Numbered from the stretch's first letter, positions 9,874 through 18,671 are shown. The stretch: 54,757 nucleotides of DNA from a virus (IMGVR_UViG_3300015190_000002:1-54757); one strand, 5' to 3'. Notes: generated by a model not told the origin, from the letters alone. Translations and numbers: made by a program.

Positions 9874-10559
9874 GCTGCTTCCTCGTCGTGCTTGCCGCAC
9901 GTACAGCCGAAGACGCTCGACTCGATCAGCTCGTGTATTTCCCGGGCTTTCTCGAATGCGTCGATGATCTGCTGCCCTGTGCGAGTACCGTCCACGAGCT
10001 GAATTTGTCCGGCCGTTCTGGGCAGAATGATGAACGTGAATTTTGGGATGCTGCCGTACTCGTCGGCGTGCGCCTGGGAATAGATCGCGGGCTGGAATAT
10101 CTGCTGGTCGGCCTTGTCCGCCGGCCAATTGTAGCCCGCTGTTTTGAAGTCCCAGATGTGGCCTTCCGACCACAGATCCGCGTAGCCGATGAACGGCAAG
10201 GATATGGCGTAATGCACGGCGGCGATCTGTCGTTCAGGTTCCCCGCTGATGCCCAGTGCGTGCACCATGTCGATCAATTCTAGGCCGCGTTCCGCGAGCC
10301 CTGAACCGAACGATTGGCCGGCAGAGGCGAGCTCCTGTTTTGCCTGGCGCCACGCGCGCATGAATGCCAGCTCGCCGTCGTGCCCGAGAAAGTGTGCTTC
10401 GAGTCCGCTGTGAACGGCAGTACCGAAGAGTCGTTCCACGGACGGCGGCTGATCGATTTTGAGGACGTAGCGTTTATAGAACTCGGCGGGACAGTATGCG
10501 TAGCAACTCAGCCTGGACGGACTGAGGTAACGGTGAGGATGCTTGCCGCGGGGGGTCAC
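9870..10559 (-). CDS. PD-(D/E)XK (RecB/Cas4-like) exonuclease
   Basis: LSPSRL..Y..CP, FGTAVH, GYADL, WDFKT, QPAIY motifs. Confidence 0.85.
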   Translation of the reverse strand: MTPRGKHPHRYLSPSRLSCYAYCPAEFYKRYVLKIDQPPSVERLFGTAVHSGLEAHFLGHDGELAFMRAWRQAKQELASAGQSFGSGLAERGLELIDMVHALGISGEPERQIAAVHYAISLPFIGYADLWSEGHIWDFKTAGYNWPADKADQQIFQPAIYSQAHADEYGSIPKFTFIILPRTAGQIQLVDGTRTGQQIIDAFEKAREIHELIESSVFGCTCGKHDEEAA

Positions 10560-10813
10560 GAGTTGTAACCCCTACACGGGACGCAACACCAACCCGCAAG
10601 CCGATATGGATTGAGTGCAAACATAGGTCGGGCCGGACCACCGCATTTGTCGCATGGCTGCGGTGTTTTCATGGCTTCCTCGTACACCAGCACCCGATCT
10701 GGATAGTTGTCCGCGTACACACGCTTCGCCTTGGTGATCCACTCGGGGTGATCCAGCGATCGCTGCCGAGCCGCCGCCTTTTGGCCTGCGGTCCACACGC
10801 GGCTTGACCTCAT
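10556..10813 (-). CDS. Small Zn-ribbon hypothetical protein
   Basis: CDKC...CCVPC; overlaps the start of the nuclease gene. Confidence 0.5.
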   Translation of the reverse strand: MRSSRVWTAGQKAAARQRSLDHPEWITKAKRVYADNYPDRVLVYEEAMKTPQPCDKCGGPARPMFALNPYRLAGWCCVPCRGYNS

Positions 10814-10829
10814 GTCAGCTCCATCAGAA

Positions 10830-11043
10830 GGGCGGCGCGCGCGCCTTGGGCGCAGCGCGCGCCGCCCCCTATGTATTTGTTATTAACAAATACCGCGGCT
10901 GCGCGCGCGCGAGGTGTCGCGATTTGTCGCGTTCGTGTCGCGATTCTCAATCTCAAAACCTCCCCCAAATGTCGCGATTTGTCGCGATCTTGTCGCGATC
11001 CAAAACAGGCCGTGTCGCGATTTGTCGCGATCGTGTCGCGATC
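10830..11043. repeat. Putative replication origin: GC hairpin, AT-rich palindrome and 9 iterons
   Basis: Hairpin 10830-10867; GTATTTGTTA-T-TAACAAATAC at 10873-10893; TGTCGCG[AT]T x9 in three triplets starting 10915, 10970, 11013; immediately downstream of the primase-helicase. Confidence 0.75.
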
Positions 11044-11053
11044 TTTTTGAGCC

Positions 11054-12943
11054 TCATACGGTCAAGCTGACCCCGGACGACATGGCCCGGTACTCGGCCA
11101 GGCGGAGGCTTTCGGATCGCTCGACCATGCCGTCGGCGATGAGCGTTTTCAGCGTTCGCTGGACGGTCCGGTCGGCTACGCCCGTGTTCTGACAGACGCG
11201 CTCCCTGGTGATCCATTGACCCGGGGTACTGTTCAGAGCCCGCATGATTTGCCGCTCAACCTCGGTCAGGTCGCGTCGTTGGGTGCGAAGGTTGAAGCCG
11301 CTGGCGCTGTCGAATGCGAGGTCGAATGGTGCCGGTGTTTGGCCGCGAAACTTGGTGAAGACTACGCGTGCAGACTGGCTAATCTTGCCGCTGAAGTAGA
11401 TCATGACGTCGGAGATGGCAGACTTCGTTCGGCCGCCGTACAGGAGGTCGAGCGGTTCGGATTCAGGGCTAGTAGTACCGTTGCTTTTCCGCGTGTGGTC
11501 GATGACAATGCAGGCTACGTTCATGCCGGACAGCTTCTGCATCAGCGTGGACAAAGGGTCGAGCTCCTTGCTGGAAAAACGGTCGCTTGGCAGAACGCGT
11601 TCACACGCGTCTATGGCGACGATCCCGGGCCACTGCGGAGCTGTTGTGATCGAGTCCATTATAGTGCTGGTACTGTCAGAATTGATGAGTCGGAAGCCCT
11701 GTTGTCGGTTGATGTAGAACGGCAACACGTCCAGGTCGAAATCGTAAATGTCGGCCAACATTTCTACGTACTCGCTGATGACGCTGAGTGGTGAATCCTC
11801 CTCGATGAGTAAGACTGGTCGTTGTTCGACAGCACGTCCACAGAACGGTTTGCCTGCGGCTACGTGCATCAACGCGGCGATGACGAAGATGGTTTTCCCG
11901 ACACCTGGCGATGAGTACACCCAGTGTGTACGTCCGGCCCAGAGCAGGCCGTGAACAATCTCAGCCTGAACTTCAGGGACGGATCGAATCAGCTCGCCCA
12001 ACGTCTGCCAGGCCGACTGAGTGACCTCGCCTGTCTCGACGTTGACTGTTTGCCCGGGCACAGTAGGCCCTAGCCGCGGACTGCTTGAGGCACCCGAGTA
12101 GAACTCGAATTTACCCTCGAGCGCCTTTTCAATACTGCGATCGCGGTAGTCCTGGCGGTCCCACTTCTCGCGCATCAGGCCCGACGAACGGAATAGCGCG
12201 TCCAGTCGCCCGGGATCCGGGCCGGTCCAGAAGGCGAGATGGTTCAGCAGCGCCAGGTCGGCTTCCGACTGGCTCCCGTAGCTCGAGTAGTCGCCGTTCC
12301 AGAGCGCCCAGAACTTGTTGCCGTTCTCGGCACTGCGGGCCTTGAGCAACAGGTCCGCGTCGGCGAGCTGCACCGGCGACCGTAGTGAATGTCCGTTCTG
12401 ACGTTCAGACGGCGGCGGGCCGAACACCTCGAGGTGCCAGGCCGAGAGCTCGTCCTGCCGGTCCTGAATCGTCTCGGGGTACGTCAAGACGTGCTCGCCG
12501 GTGATGGTCAGGAACCGCGCCTGCGAGTAGATTTCGATCTTGCCCTTGCGGCGGCCGTGTGCCGGCAGGGTGCCGCGGATGAAGATCCGCACCCCCGTGC
12601 CGGACGGGCTGATCTCGGTGTACGAGTCGAGCCGCTTCATGATCGACCGGGCCCAGGCGTCGATTCGGCCGCTTTCCGGGTTACGGCACCCGTCAAGGTC
12701 GACGCCCACGTACGGGTCGTCGGCGGCCAGGACGTAGCCAACACCGGAGTAGTTTTCCCGCGCGCAGAAGGCCGCTGCCTCTTCGAACGTCGTCCACGTG
12801 GACGGATCGGTCGTCGAAGCCAGCCGGCCTGTGCGGGCGTTGTACGGCACCTTGGTAGGCTTTGGCTCACCCGGTCGAGGTGTTAGCTTCCAGGCGACCC
12901 ACTGGGGCCGCCTGGCAAGCTCTACGGGTGCCACGATGGTCAC
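11054..12943 (-). CDS. Primase-polymerase (NrS-1-like AEP) fused to RepA/AAA_25-type helicase and C-terminal wHTH
   Basis: QWVAWK..KVPY, GVDLDGC, YTEISPSGTG, IEIYS..RFLTITG, SQSEADLAL; Walker A SPGVGKT; IDHTRK; C-terminal GVADRTVQRTLKTL. Confidence 0.9.
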   Translation of the reverse strand: MTIVAPVELARRPQWVAWKLTPRPGEPKPTKVPYNARTGRLASTTDPSTWTTFEEAAAFCARENYSGVGYVLAADDPYVGVDLDGCRNPESGRIDAWARSIMKRLDSYTEISPSGTGVRIFIRGTLPAHGRRKGKIEIYSQARFLTITGEHVLTYPETIQDRQDELSAWHLEVFGPPPSERQNGHSLRSPVQLADADLLLKARSAENGNKFWALWNGDYSSYGSQSEADLALLNHLAFWTGPDPGRLDALFRSSGLMREKWDRQDYRDRSIEKALEGKFEFYSGASSSPRLGPTVPGQTVNVETGEVTQSAWQTLGELIRSVPEVQAEIVHGLLWAGRTHWVYSSPGVGKTIFVIAALMHVAAGKPFCGRAVEQRPVLLIEEDSPLSVISEYVEMLADIYDFDLDVLPFYINRQQGFRLINSDSTSTIMDSITTAPQWPGIVAIDACERVLPSDRFSSKELDPLSTLMQKLSGMNVACIVIDHTRKSNGTTSPESEPLDLLYGGRTKSAISDVMIYFSGKISQSARVVFTKFRGQTPAPFDLAFDSASGFNLRTQRRDLTEVERQIMRALNSTPGQWITRERVCQNTGVADRTVQRTLKTLIADGMVERSESLRLAEYRAMSSGVSLTV

Positions 12944-12963
12944 CAGACTCCGGCTTTATGCGT

Positions 12964-13512
12964 TCAGGCCCAGGGCAGTTCGTCGCGCGATGCAGGAGCC
13001 GCGGCAACCGGCTCACGCCGCGGTGCTGGGCGCTCTGCTGGTGTAGGCTGGCCGGCCTTGTACGGCGCCAGCTTGAGTATGCGAAGCCGCATGTACGATT
13101 CGGTCCCGTCCTGGCCGCCGCGTTCGACTTCCTCGAACAGAGCCACGGCTACTTTCTCCCGAAGTGTGTTCGGCAGGCTGTCGTCGATCTCGTTGTCCTC
13201 GATAGGCCGGCCCATCAACGCCTCGGCCCACAGTCGAGCTTTGGCAGTCTTCGTTTTCGACTTACCGGTGCGGTTTGAGGTGTAGTCGTGGTGCTCGTAC
13301 GCGGCGCCGTCGACGTCCAGAATGGGCGAACGGTCCATACGGGCCATCCGGAATATCCATCTCAGGTTGTGGGACGGGTCAGCATCGGCGGGGTCCGAGA
13401 ACTTCGATATTCCTTCATCTTTGATCTCGGACAACTTGACTAGGTATTTTTCATTCACGTCGATCGGTTCGGCTGGTGCGACGTAGTTTGAGCTCTTTGG
13501 CTTGGCGAACAC
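12964..13512 (-). CDS. Putative single-stranded DNA-binding protein
   Basis: Position upstream of primase-helicase; flexible tail ending DELPWA, like phage SSBs. Confidence 0.45.
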   Translation of the reverse strand: MFAKPKSSNYVAPAEPIDVNEKYLVKLSEIKDEGISKFSDPADADPSHNLRWIFRMARMDRSPILDVDGAAYEHHDYTSNRTGKSKTKTAKARLWAEALMGRPIEDNEIDDSLPNTLREKVAVALFEEVERGGQDGTESYMRLRILKLAPYKAGQPTPAERPAPRREPVAAAPASRDELPWA

Positions 13513-13515
13513 GAT

Positions 13516-13989
13516 TCAATCCTTTACGGCGTCGACAGACGCATTGTTTGTACCTTCAACACTCGGCACTCCACTCGTTGTTTCGAAAGTCAACTCGAGC
13601 GCGCGTCTTCCTTTCTCGACGCGAATCTCGACTGGCGCAAGCCGCAACATGTTCGTGCTGTCGCCGTCCAGCCACTGACCCTTGACCAGGCAGTCGATGA
13701 CTGCTTTGGTGACGCCAGTCGAGTAGTTGTCCTGGTCGCGGGCCCGGTGATCCGGCACGACGTAGCAGATTCGGAGCAGCACCGGCGGCCTCATCCGAAT
13801 CAGGCTCTGCTTCACGGCGTAAACTGTGACGACGTTGATGACGTGCAGCCGTGCCTTGCGTTTCACTGCCCAGTGATCGCGTCCATTTGGCGACAGCGAT
13901 CGTGCGATATCCGGTCTTGGAAAGTCGGGTAGCGTCAACGCCTGGGTCCGCGCAGAACGTGCGTCAAGAAGCGCCGGTTGAGTCATCAC
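13516..13989 (-). CDS. rusA: RusA-like Holliday junction resolvase
   Basis: SPN..HW, RARDQDNY...KAVIDCL...DGDS acidic catalytic pattern. Confidence 0.75.
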   Translation of the reverse strand: MMTQPALLDARSARTQALTLPDFPRPDIARSLSPNGRDHWAVKRKARLHVINVVTVYAVKQSLIRMRPPVLLRICYVVPDHRARDQDNYSTGVTKAVIDCLVKGQWLDGDSTNMLRLAPVEIRVEKGRRALELTFETTSGVPSVEGTNNASVDAVKD

Positions 13990-14154
13990 CCTCCCTTTCG
14001 TGTGTCTCTTCGCCTGCTCGATAGCTCAGCGCCAGCAGGCGCAGTTGGCGTGCGTCCAGAGTCAGGTGGGCAGCCCACAGCCGCACGAAGCTCGAGTCGT
14101 TCTGCTCCAGTTCGGCGGCCACCCGTTCCATGTGCTCGGCCAGCTCCGCGAGCG

Positions 14155-14913
14155 TCACGCGACGTCCGCTCCGAACAGCACACCCTGGCTCAGCCTGCGT
14201 GCAGCAATGGCGCAATAGCGCTCCTCGATCTCAATGCCGATGGCACGCCGGCCCAAGTCCTTAGCCGCGCGGAGTGTTGTACCGCTGCCCATGAAGGGGT
14301 CGAGCACGCTACCCGCGCCAGTTGTTTCAAGTGCCCGCATTGGCAGACCGAGTGGGAACGGTGCGGGGTGGTTTGTTTCTTGATACTCCATCCCGAGCCG
14401 CCACACATCGCCGGTGCCGCTCGCTGAATGGCTGACCAATTTGAATTCTGGTTTGGCGAACAGCAGTATCCACTCCTGTCGCGTGCAGTAGTTGCGAAGA
14501 TTCACGTCAATGCCGGTGCCACGATCCCAGATGATGATCTGGCGCAACGGGATGCCGAAGTCCATACCCAAGGGCATCCGCAACACGCCGTGCTCAACGC
14601 GCGGCCGGTGGTTGTAGAACACCCCCATCAGGCAGATGCGCCACATTTCCTGTAGCGCCAACCGCTGCTCACGGTCGTATAGATCTTGCGGCACAGCATC
14701 GCCATGGTCCCCGTAGCCATCTCGGAACCGGCTGGCTTTATTGCTTGCTCCCGGCCGATACATGCCTCGACCGTTTCCACCCGGAACCAAACCCATGTTG
14801 TATTGCGGGCTGGTGACGACAATGTCCACTGGTGCGAGTAGCGGCATCACTTCCATACAGTCGCCGTGATAGATCGTGATGCCGCTAGTGGTGTCCTCGT
14901 AGTACGGAGTCAC
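14155..14913 (-). CDS. DNA amino-methyltransferase (N4-C/N6-A, beta class)
   Basis: IYHGDC, VTSPQY (motif IV variant), HPAPFP, VLDPFMGSGTT, AIGIEIEERYC. Confidence 0.9.
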   Translation of the reverse strand: MTPYYEDTTSGITIYHGDCMEVMPLLAPVDIVVTSPQYNMGLVPGGNGRGMYRPGASNKASRFRDGYGDHGDAVPQDLYDREQRLALQEMWRICLMGVFYNHRPRVEHGVLRMPLGMDFGIPLRQIIIWDRGTGIDVNLRNYCTRQEWILLFAKPEFKLVSHSASGTGDVWRLGMEYQETNHPAPFPLGLPMRALETTGAGSVLDPFMGSGTTLRAAKDLGRRAIGIEIEERYCAIAARRLSQGVLFGADVA

Positions 14914-15076
14914 GCGTGTTTCACGCTAGCCACGCGCTGCATGGCCTGGTCGCGGTGCGTCTTGCAGTAGATCGACTCGGCGACGGTGCGCTGTTTGCAG
15001 GTCGCGTCGCTTCGCGGGTTCGTGCGCGCGAAGCGGCCGTACTGACACCAGCCCGAACTCGGCCCAGGCTGATCGC

Positions 15077-15262
15077 TCACGCCGCCAGCCTTCTAGCGCG
15101 CGCCAGCTCGTCGAAGTACGCCGCGAGCCGTGCCGCCCACCGTTCGCGCAGCATCACCTGGCAGGCTGCGCACACGAAGTGCAGCACGTCTGGTGAGCCG
15201 CAGTGCTCGTCAGGATGGAACTGCAACGGGCGCTGGTCTACGCCGCACTGGGGGCACATCAT
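15077..15262 (-). CDS. Small Zn-finger hypothetical protein
   Basis: MMCPQCG...CAAC; coupled to upstream ORF. Confidence 0.45.
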   Translation of the reverse strand: MMCPQCGVDQRPLQFHPDEHCGSPDVLHFVCAACQVMLRERWAARLAAYFDELARARRLAA

Positions 15263-15483
15263 GTCCGTGAGGCCACCTGGAGTCCGAACGTGCGGGTGAG
15301 CGACACCAGGCCGCCGCACACTCGGCACTTCGGCAGGCCCAGCAGCACCTTCCTGCGCGCCTCGGCCTCGCTCAGCATCCACTCGCCCTGCTGCCTGGAG
15401 CACATCAGGCACGCTCCCTCGAACAGATCGCGCCACGGGCCACGGTGGGTAGGTACGTCGTGCTCGATGTCGATGACGTTCAT
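15259..15483 (-). CDS. Small Zn-ribbon hypothetical protein
   Basis: CLMC...CRVCGG; ATGA overlap. Confidence 0.45.
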   Translation of the reverse strand: MNVIDIEHDVPTHRGPWRDLFEGACLMCSRQQGEWMLSEAEARRKVLLGLPKCRVCGGLVSLTRTFGLQVASRT

Positions 15484-15716
15484 GCCGCAGCCCTCAGTAA
15501 CGTGAATCCGGTCCAGATAAGCCACCCAAACCACCGCACGACCCAGTCGGGCACCCTGTAGAAGTTGATGCTGCCGTCCGGTCGTTTAGTAGCGACCGTT
15601 CGCACGTTGCTGTATAGCAGCCAGTAATTTGTGCCTACCCGCATGCGGCGCGTATCGAGCACCACCGTGCTCACGGCGTGATCGTTGCGTTCAATGTCGA
15701 TGTCGATGTCGTTCAT
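15480..15716 (-). CDS. Hypothetical protein
   Basis: ORF with AGGA RBS, coupled to downstream ORF. Confidence 0.5.
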   Translation of the reverse strand: MNDIDIDIERNDHAVSTVVLDTRRMRVGTNYWLLYSNVRTVATKRPDGSINFYRVPDWVVRWFGWLIWTGFTLLRAAA

Positions 15717-15722
15717 GAGAGT

Positions 15723-15861
15723 TCCTGTGCCATGCTCAGCGGTGAATGTGCAGGTTGCCGCGAAGACTTATTCACTGGCTTACCTTTCTCAACAGAGTTG
15801 GATTCATGCCGCGAACCCCTACCGTTGTGTTCGCTTCACTCACCGCTGGCATGGCGCAGGA
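15723..15861 (-). ncRNA. Candidate structured RNA (family unknown)
   Basis: ~25-bp closing stem (15861-15837 pairs with 15748-15723, two G-U pairs, one bulge) enclosing internal hairpins, in an intergenic gap. Confidence 0.5.
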
Positions 15862-15918
15862 GTTGACGGTCCCGTCGAAAGCGAGCCGAGCCACCAACTG
15901 CCACGTCATGCCGAAATG

Positions 15919-16134
15919 TCAGGCTCCTACGGAAAGTCGTAGGAGTGCGATCAGCCAGCGGAACAGCGTCACCGCCACCACGAACACGACGCCCGTCACC
16001 ACCACCGAGGTCGCCAGGATGCCCACCCAGAACAGCAGCACCACCCAGTCGACACGCTGGCGCCGTTCGCCAATGTGCTGCTCGCGGTGATTCTCCCGCA
16101 GGACGAAAAGACGTCTGGCCTGTACCGGGGTCAT
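15919..16134 (-). CDS. Small membrane protein
   Basis: Long hydrophobic stretch WVVLLFWVGILATSVVVTGVVFVVAVTLF. Confidence 0.55.
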   Translation of the reverse strand: MTPVQARRLFVLRENHREQHIGERRQRVDWVVLLFWVGILATSVVVTGVVFVVAVTLFRWLIALLRLSVGA

Positions 16135-16577
16135 CAGCAGAACCCACCGCTCACTGCAACCCACTCGCGGATGCGTCCTTGCGACACCATCCACTCGGCC
16201 GCCGCCGTCGCCGCGGACGGATCGTAGGGACTGAGCCCCTGCTTTCCCTGCGGCGTCGTCATCCACGTCGACCACAGAAACTGGAACAGCCCCGCGGCCT
16301 TGGAGTACGGGTTGGTAGCGTTCGGATCGTTGTGCGACTCCACCCACGCAATGCACGCCAACCGTCCGCTTGGCCACTTTGCTCGCACCGGTGCCTGCAA
16401 CCTCCCATCGAAAATCAGATACTCGCGTGCGTCCACATCCGGTTGCGAGCTCAGGGCGCCTCGCAAATCGTCCACGTCGACGCTGGCTGATTCCGCCAGG
16501 TCGTCGAGCTCGTCCGCGTGCGCCGCGTGCGCCGTCACCAGGGTCAGCGCGGTTGCTGCTAGGACTGCCAGTCTCAT
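16134..16577 (-). CDS. Secreted lytic transglycosylase (Rpf/SLT-like)
   Basis: Signal peptide MRLAVLAATALTLVTAHAAHA; IAWVES..PNA.N..S.AAGLFQFL.STW motif with catalytic Glu. Confidence 0.85.
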   Translation of the reverse strand: MRLAVLAATALTLVTAHAAHADELDDLAESASVDVDDLRGALSSQPDVDAREYLIFDGRLQAPVRAKWPSGRLACIAWVESHNDPNATNPYSKAAGLFQFLWSTWMTTPQGKQGLSPYDPSAATAAAEWMVSQGRIREWVAVSGGFC

Positions 16578-16927
16578 TGAAGTTCCTCGAGCATCTGCCT
16601 GATGCGGCCTATACGGTTTTCGATCGTCGCCAGCTCGGGCAGAATCCCAGAAGCTTCCCGCATCGCCATGGCCATGTGTCGCGCGCCGGCATTCCACATC
16701 GTCTCGGCAAGAGCAGGCGCGTCGATCTCGCCGTGATGGTCGCGCAAGAACTTCACGTACGCCTTCTCTACATCTGGCGGCATCGCGTGAGCGGTTTCCA
16801 TGGGAATGATTGTGGTGCTCACGCCGTCACCGGCCACGTACGGCCGCAAATCTGACAGAGCTGTCGGCCAATCAGCGGCCACGCGACGAGCGTGTGCCCG
16901 TGCTTGGCGCACTGTGCCACCGACCAC
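16574..16927 (-). CDS. Hypothetical protein (true start probably later)
   Basis: ORF overlapping start of the transglycosylase. Confidence 0.4.
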   Translation of the reverse strand: MVGGTVRQARAHARRVAADWPTALSDLRPYVAGDGVSTTIIPMETAHAMPPDVEKAYVKFLRDHHGEIDAPALAETMWNAGARHMAMAMREASGILPELATIENRIGRIRQMLEELQ

Positions 16928-17004
16928 TCGTACAGACTCTTTGTCACGGCTTCAACCACGCCCCGCTAACCGCTTGCACGCCGGCACATGGCCATGTGTG
17001 ACGG

Positions 17005-17211
17005 TCACGAGTCTGACTCCGCTGTCGTCGTGGACAGCATCGCATCGTCTTGGTCATTCCAGCCGTCTGTAGCCGCGTCTAATAGGGTGTCTATGATGCC
17101 TAAGCGGCGAGCCGTCTCTAGGTCGGCCTGGCGTGTTGTCAAACCGCGGCGTCGACACGCGCGGCCGAATCGATAGGCGCGCTCCTCTGGCGCTGTTCTT
17201 ACTGGTGTCAC
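17005..17211 (-). CDS. Hypothetical protein
   Basis: Coupled small early ORF. Confidence 0.45.
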   Translation of the reverse strand: MTPVRTAPEERAYRFGRACRRRGLTTRQADLETARRLGIIDTLLDAATDGWNDQDDAMLSTTTAESDS

Positions 17212-17435
17212 GGCCGCAGCCAGGCAAAATCGCCGCTCGGCAACCGCTCGAGCACCAGGCCGTCAGATGACATCGTCTTCGACAGCGCAGGCCGCAGTTC
17301 GTCGTCAATGCGTCCGGCCAGGTAGAAGTACTCAGGGCCGAGCGCTGCCCTCGCCTCGCCGAGCAGGCCCAGCAGCCGCGCGTAGTCGCAGGCTACCGCG
17401 CGCATCTCGGCGGCTTCCGCCAGTTCGCCGTTCAT
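17208..17435 (-). CDS. Hypothetical protein
   Basis: ATGA-coupled small early ORF. Confidence 0.5.
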   Translation of the reverse strand: MNGELAEAAEMRAVACDYARLLGLLGEARAALGPEYFYLAGRIDDELRPALSKTMSSDGLVLERLPSGDFAWLRP

Positions 17436-17662
17436 GCCGCCACCTGACCTTTAGTCACGAAAGCATGCTCCGTCAGACGAAGGGTGACCAGCAGATACCG
17501 AGAGAAGGCGAGGTGCTTGACAGCGCTGTCGTCCGCTGGCAGGCCCTTTGCCTGAAGCCACGCCGCCGCCGACTCTGTTTCGAGGTCGCACACTTGCCGT
17601 TCGATGACCTTGAGTAGTTCGACCTCGGACAGATCGGCTACCATGTTCGTAGGTGAGGCCAT
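17432..17662 (-). CDS. Hypothetical protein
   Basis: GGAGG RBS; first gene after Cro-like. Confidence 0.55.
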   Translation of the reverse strand: MASPTNMVADLSEVELLKVIERQVCDLETESAAAWLQAKGLPADDSAVKHLAFSRYLLVTLRLTEHAFVTKGQVAA

Positions 17663-17723
17663 AGGTCGGCCCTCCGTAGGAATGGGCGGCGTTGTAGGGT
17701 GCGCCGCCTGTTTCTTTTGCCGC

Positions 17724-17957
17724 TTAGGCCGCGGCGGGCTCTGGTTCGAGTTCGCGGATGTCGTCGGGCTGGCAGAACAGCGCTTCGGCGAGGCTGGCGT
17801 AGAAGTTCTCGGGCGGATCCGGCACCGGCCGACGCCCGTTGAGGATGTGGTTGAAGCGGTCAGGAGTCAGGTTGACCTTGGCCGCCAGGCGGTCGTAGCG
17901 CAGACCGCGACCGTCAATCAGAGCGCGGGCCTTGCTGTGTACGATCCTCATTCCCAT
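17724..17957 (-). CDS. Cro-like HTH regulator (probably leaderless)
   Basis: GLRYDRLAAKVNLTPDRFNHILNGRR HTH; TTGACA-17-TATCTT ends 6 nt before ATG 17957. Confidence 0.75.
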   Translation of the reverse strand: MGMRIVHSKARALIDGRGLRYDRLAAKVNLTPDRFNHILNGRRPVPDPPENFYASLAEALFCQPDDIRELEPEPAAA

Positions 17958-17984
17958 GCGATAAAGATACATCAACTACGAGAG

Positions 17985-18046
17985 AGTGTCAATAGCTCTT
18001 GACACTGAATCGTAGGCGTGCGAGAGTGTCAACTAAAGATGACACT
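17985..18046. promoter_or_regulatory. Lysis-lysogeny switch with two palindromic operators
   Basis: AGTGTCAA-N6-TTGACACT (17985-18006) and AGTGTCAA-N6-ATGACACT (18025-18046), overlapping TTGACA -35 boxes and the repressor ATG. Confidence 0.75.
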
Positions 18047-18596
18047 TCTCGATTACCTCAAGATCGCGTTACATGACCGTAACTGGACGATTCCCCAGGC
18101 AGCGCGGCATTTCGGGGTAAGCATGCAGTTGGTCTACAAGTGGATGGCGGAAGATCCGGCCACGCGGATCACGCCCGGTCCCAGGTCGTGCTTGAAAATT
18201 GCAGAGGCGCTTGACGCCGATGCTGACTTCGTCCTCGAGCTGGCCGGGCATCGCAAGCCGAGTCCCGAATCCGCGGCCGATCAGGTCAGCGCGCTACGCC
18301 AGTCGGCCCGCGCGCAGCTCGAAGAGTGGCTGAACGCCGTCGGGCCACAATACGAGCAGGCGTACTGGGACTATCTAAAAACCCATGGCTCTTCTGCGGT
18401 CATCCTTGTTCGGAGTATCGGAACCGCCGTTAACACAGGTGGCGAAGGCGCCGTTAACTCGGTTGTTAGCGGCCGAGCCAAGCGTGACCGTCGGCCGCGG
18501 AATGATCCCGACAGTACGTTAACGCACGGCCAACGCACGGCTTCGGGCATGTTAGCCCGCGGTCACCGGCCGTCTAACCAACCCCTCGCTGCCTAA
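18039..18596 (+). CDS. CI-like XRE repressor without an S24 peptidase domain
   Basis: N-terminal HTH (WTIPQAARHFGVSMQLVYKW...KIAEAL); divergent from Cro-like gene. Confidence 0.75.
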   Translation: MTLLDYLKIALHDRNWTIPQAARHFGVSMQLVYKWMAEDPATRITPGPRSCLKIAEALDADADFVLELAGHRKPSPESAADQVSALRQSARAQLEEWLNAVGPQYEQAYWDYLKTHGSSAVILVRSIGTAVNTGGEGAVNSVVSGRAKRDRRPRNDPDSTLTHGQRTASGMLARGHRPSNQPLAA

Positions 18597-18671
18597 CAGC
18601 CGCTCGCGCGTTGAGCCCGAGCGCCGTTACTGGTCGCATTTTCCACCTAACCGCCCCTTTGTCTTGCACCA

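Noticed and set aside
9870-10559. Cas4 as evidence of a CRISPR system
   Set aside because: Stand-alone PD-(D/E)XK nucleases are common in phage recombination modules; no cas1/cas2 or array.
10915-11043. Possible mini-CRISPR (31-bp unit x3)
   Set aside because: Units are made of 10-11-bp sub-repeats with unequal 12- and 24-nt gaps; fits iterons better.
15723-15861. tRNA, Y RNA, SRP RNA or c-di-AMP riboswitch identity for the structured region
   Set aside because: No GTTCRA T-loop or cloverleaf, no SRP GGAA motif, only fragmentary GAAUCC/GGUA resemblance.
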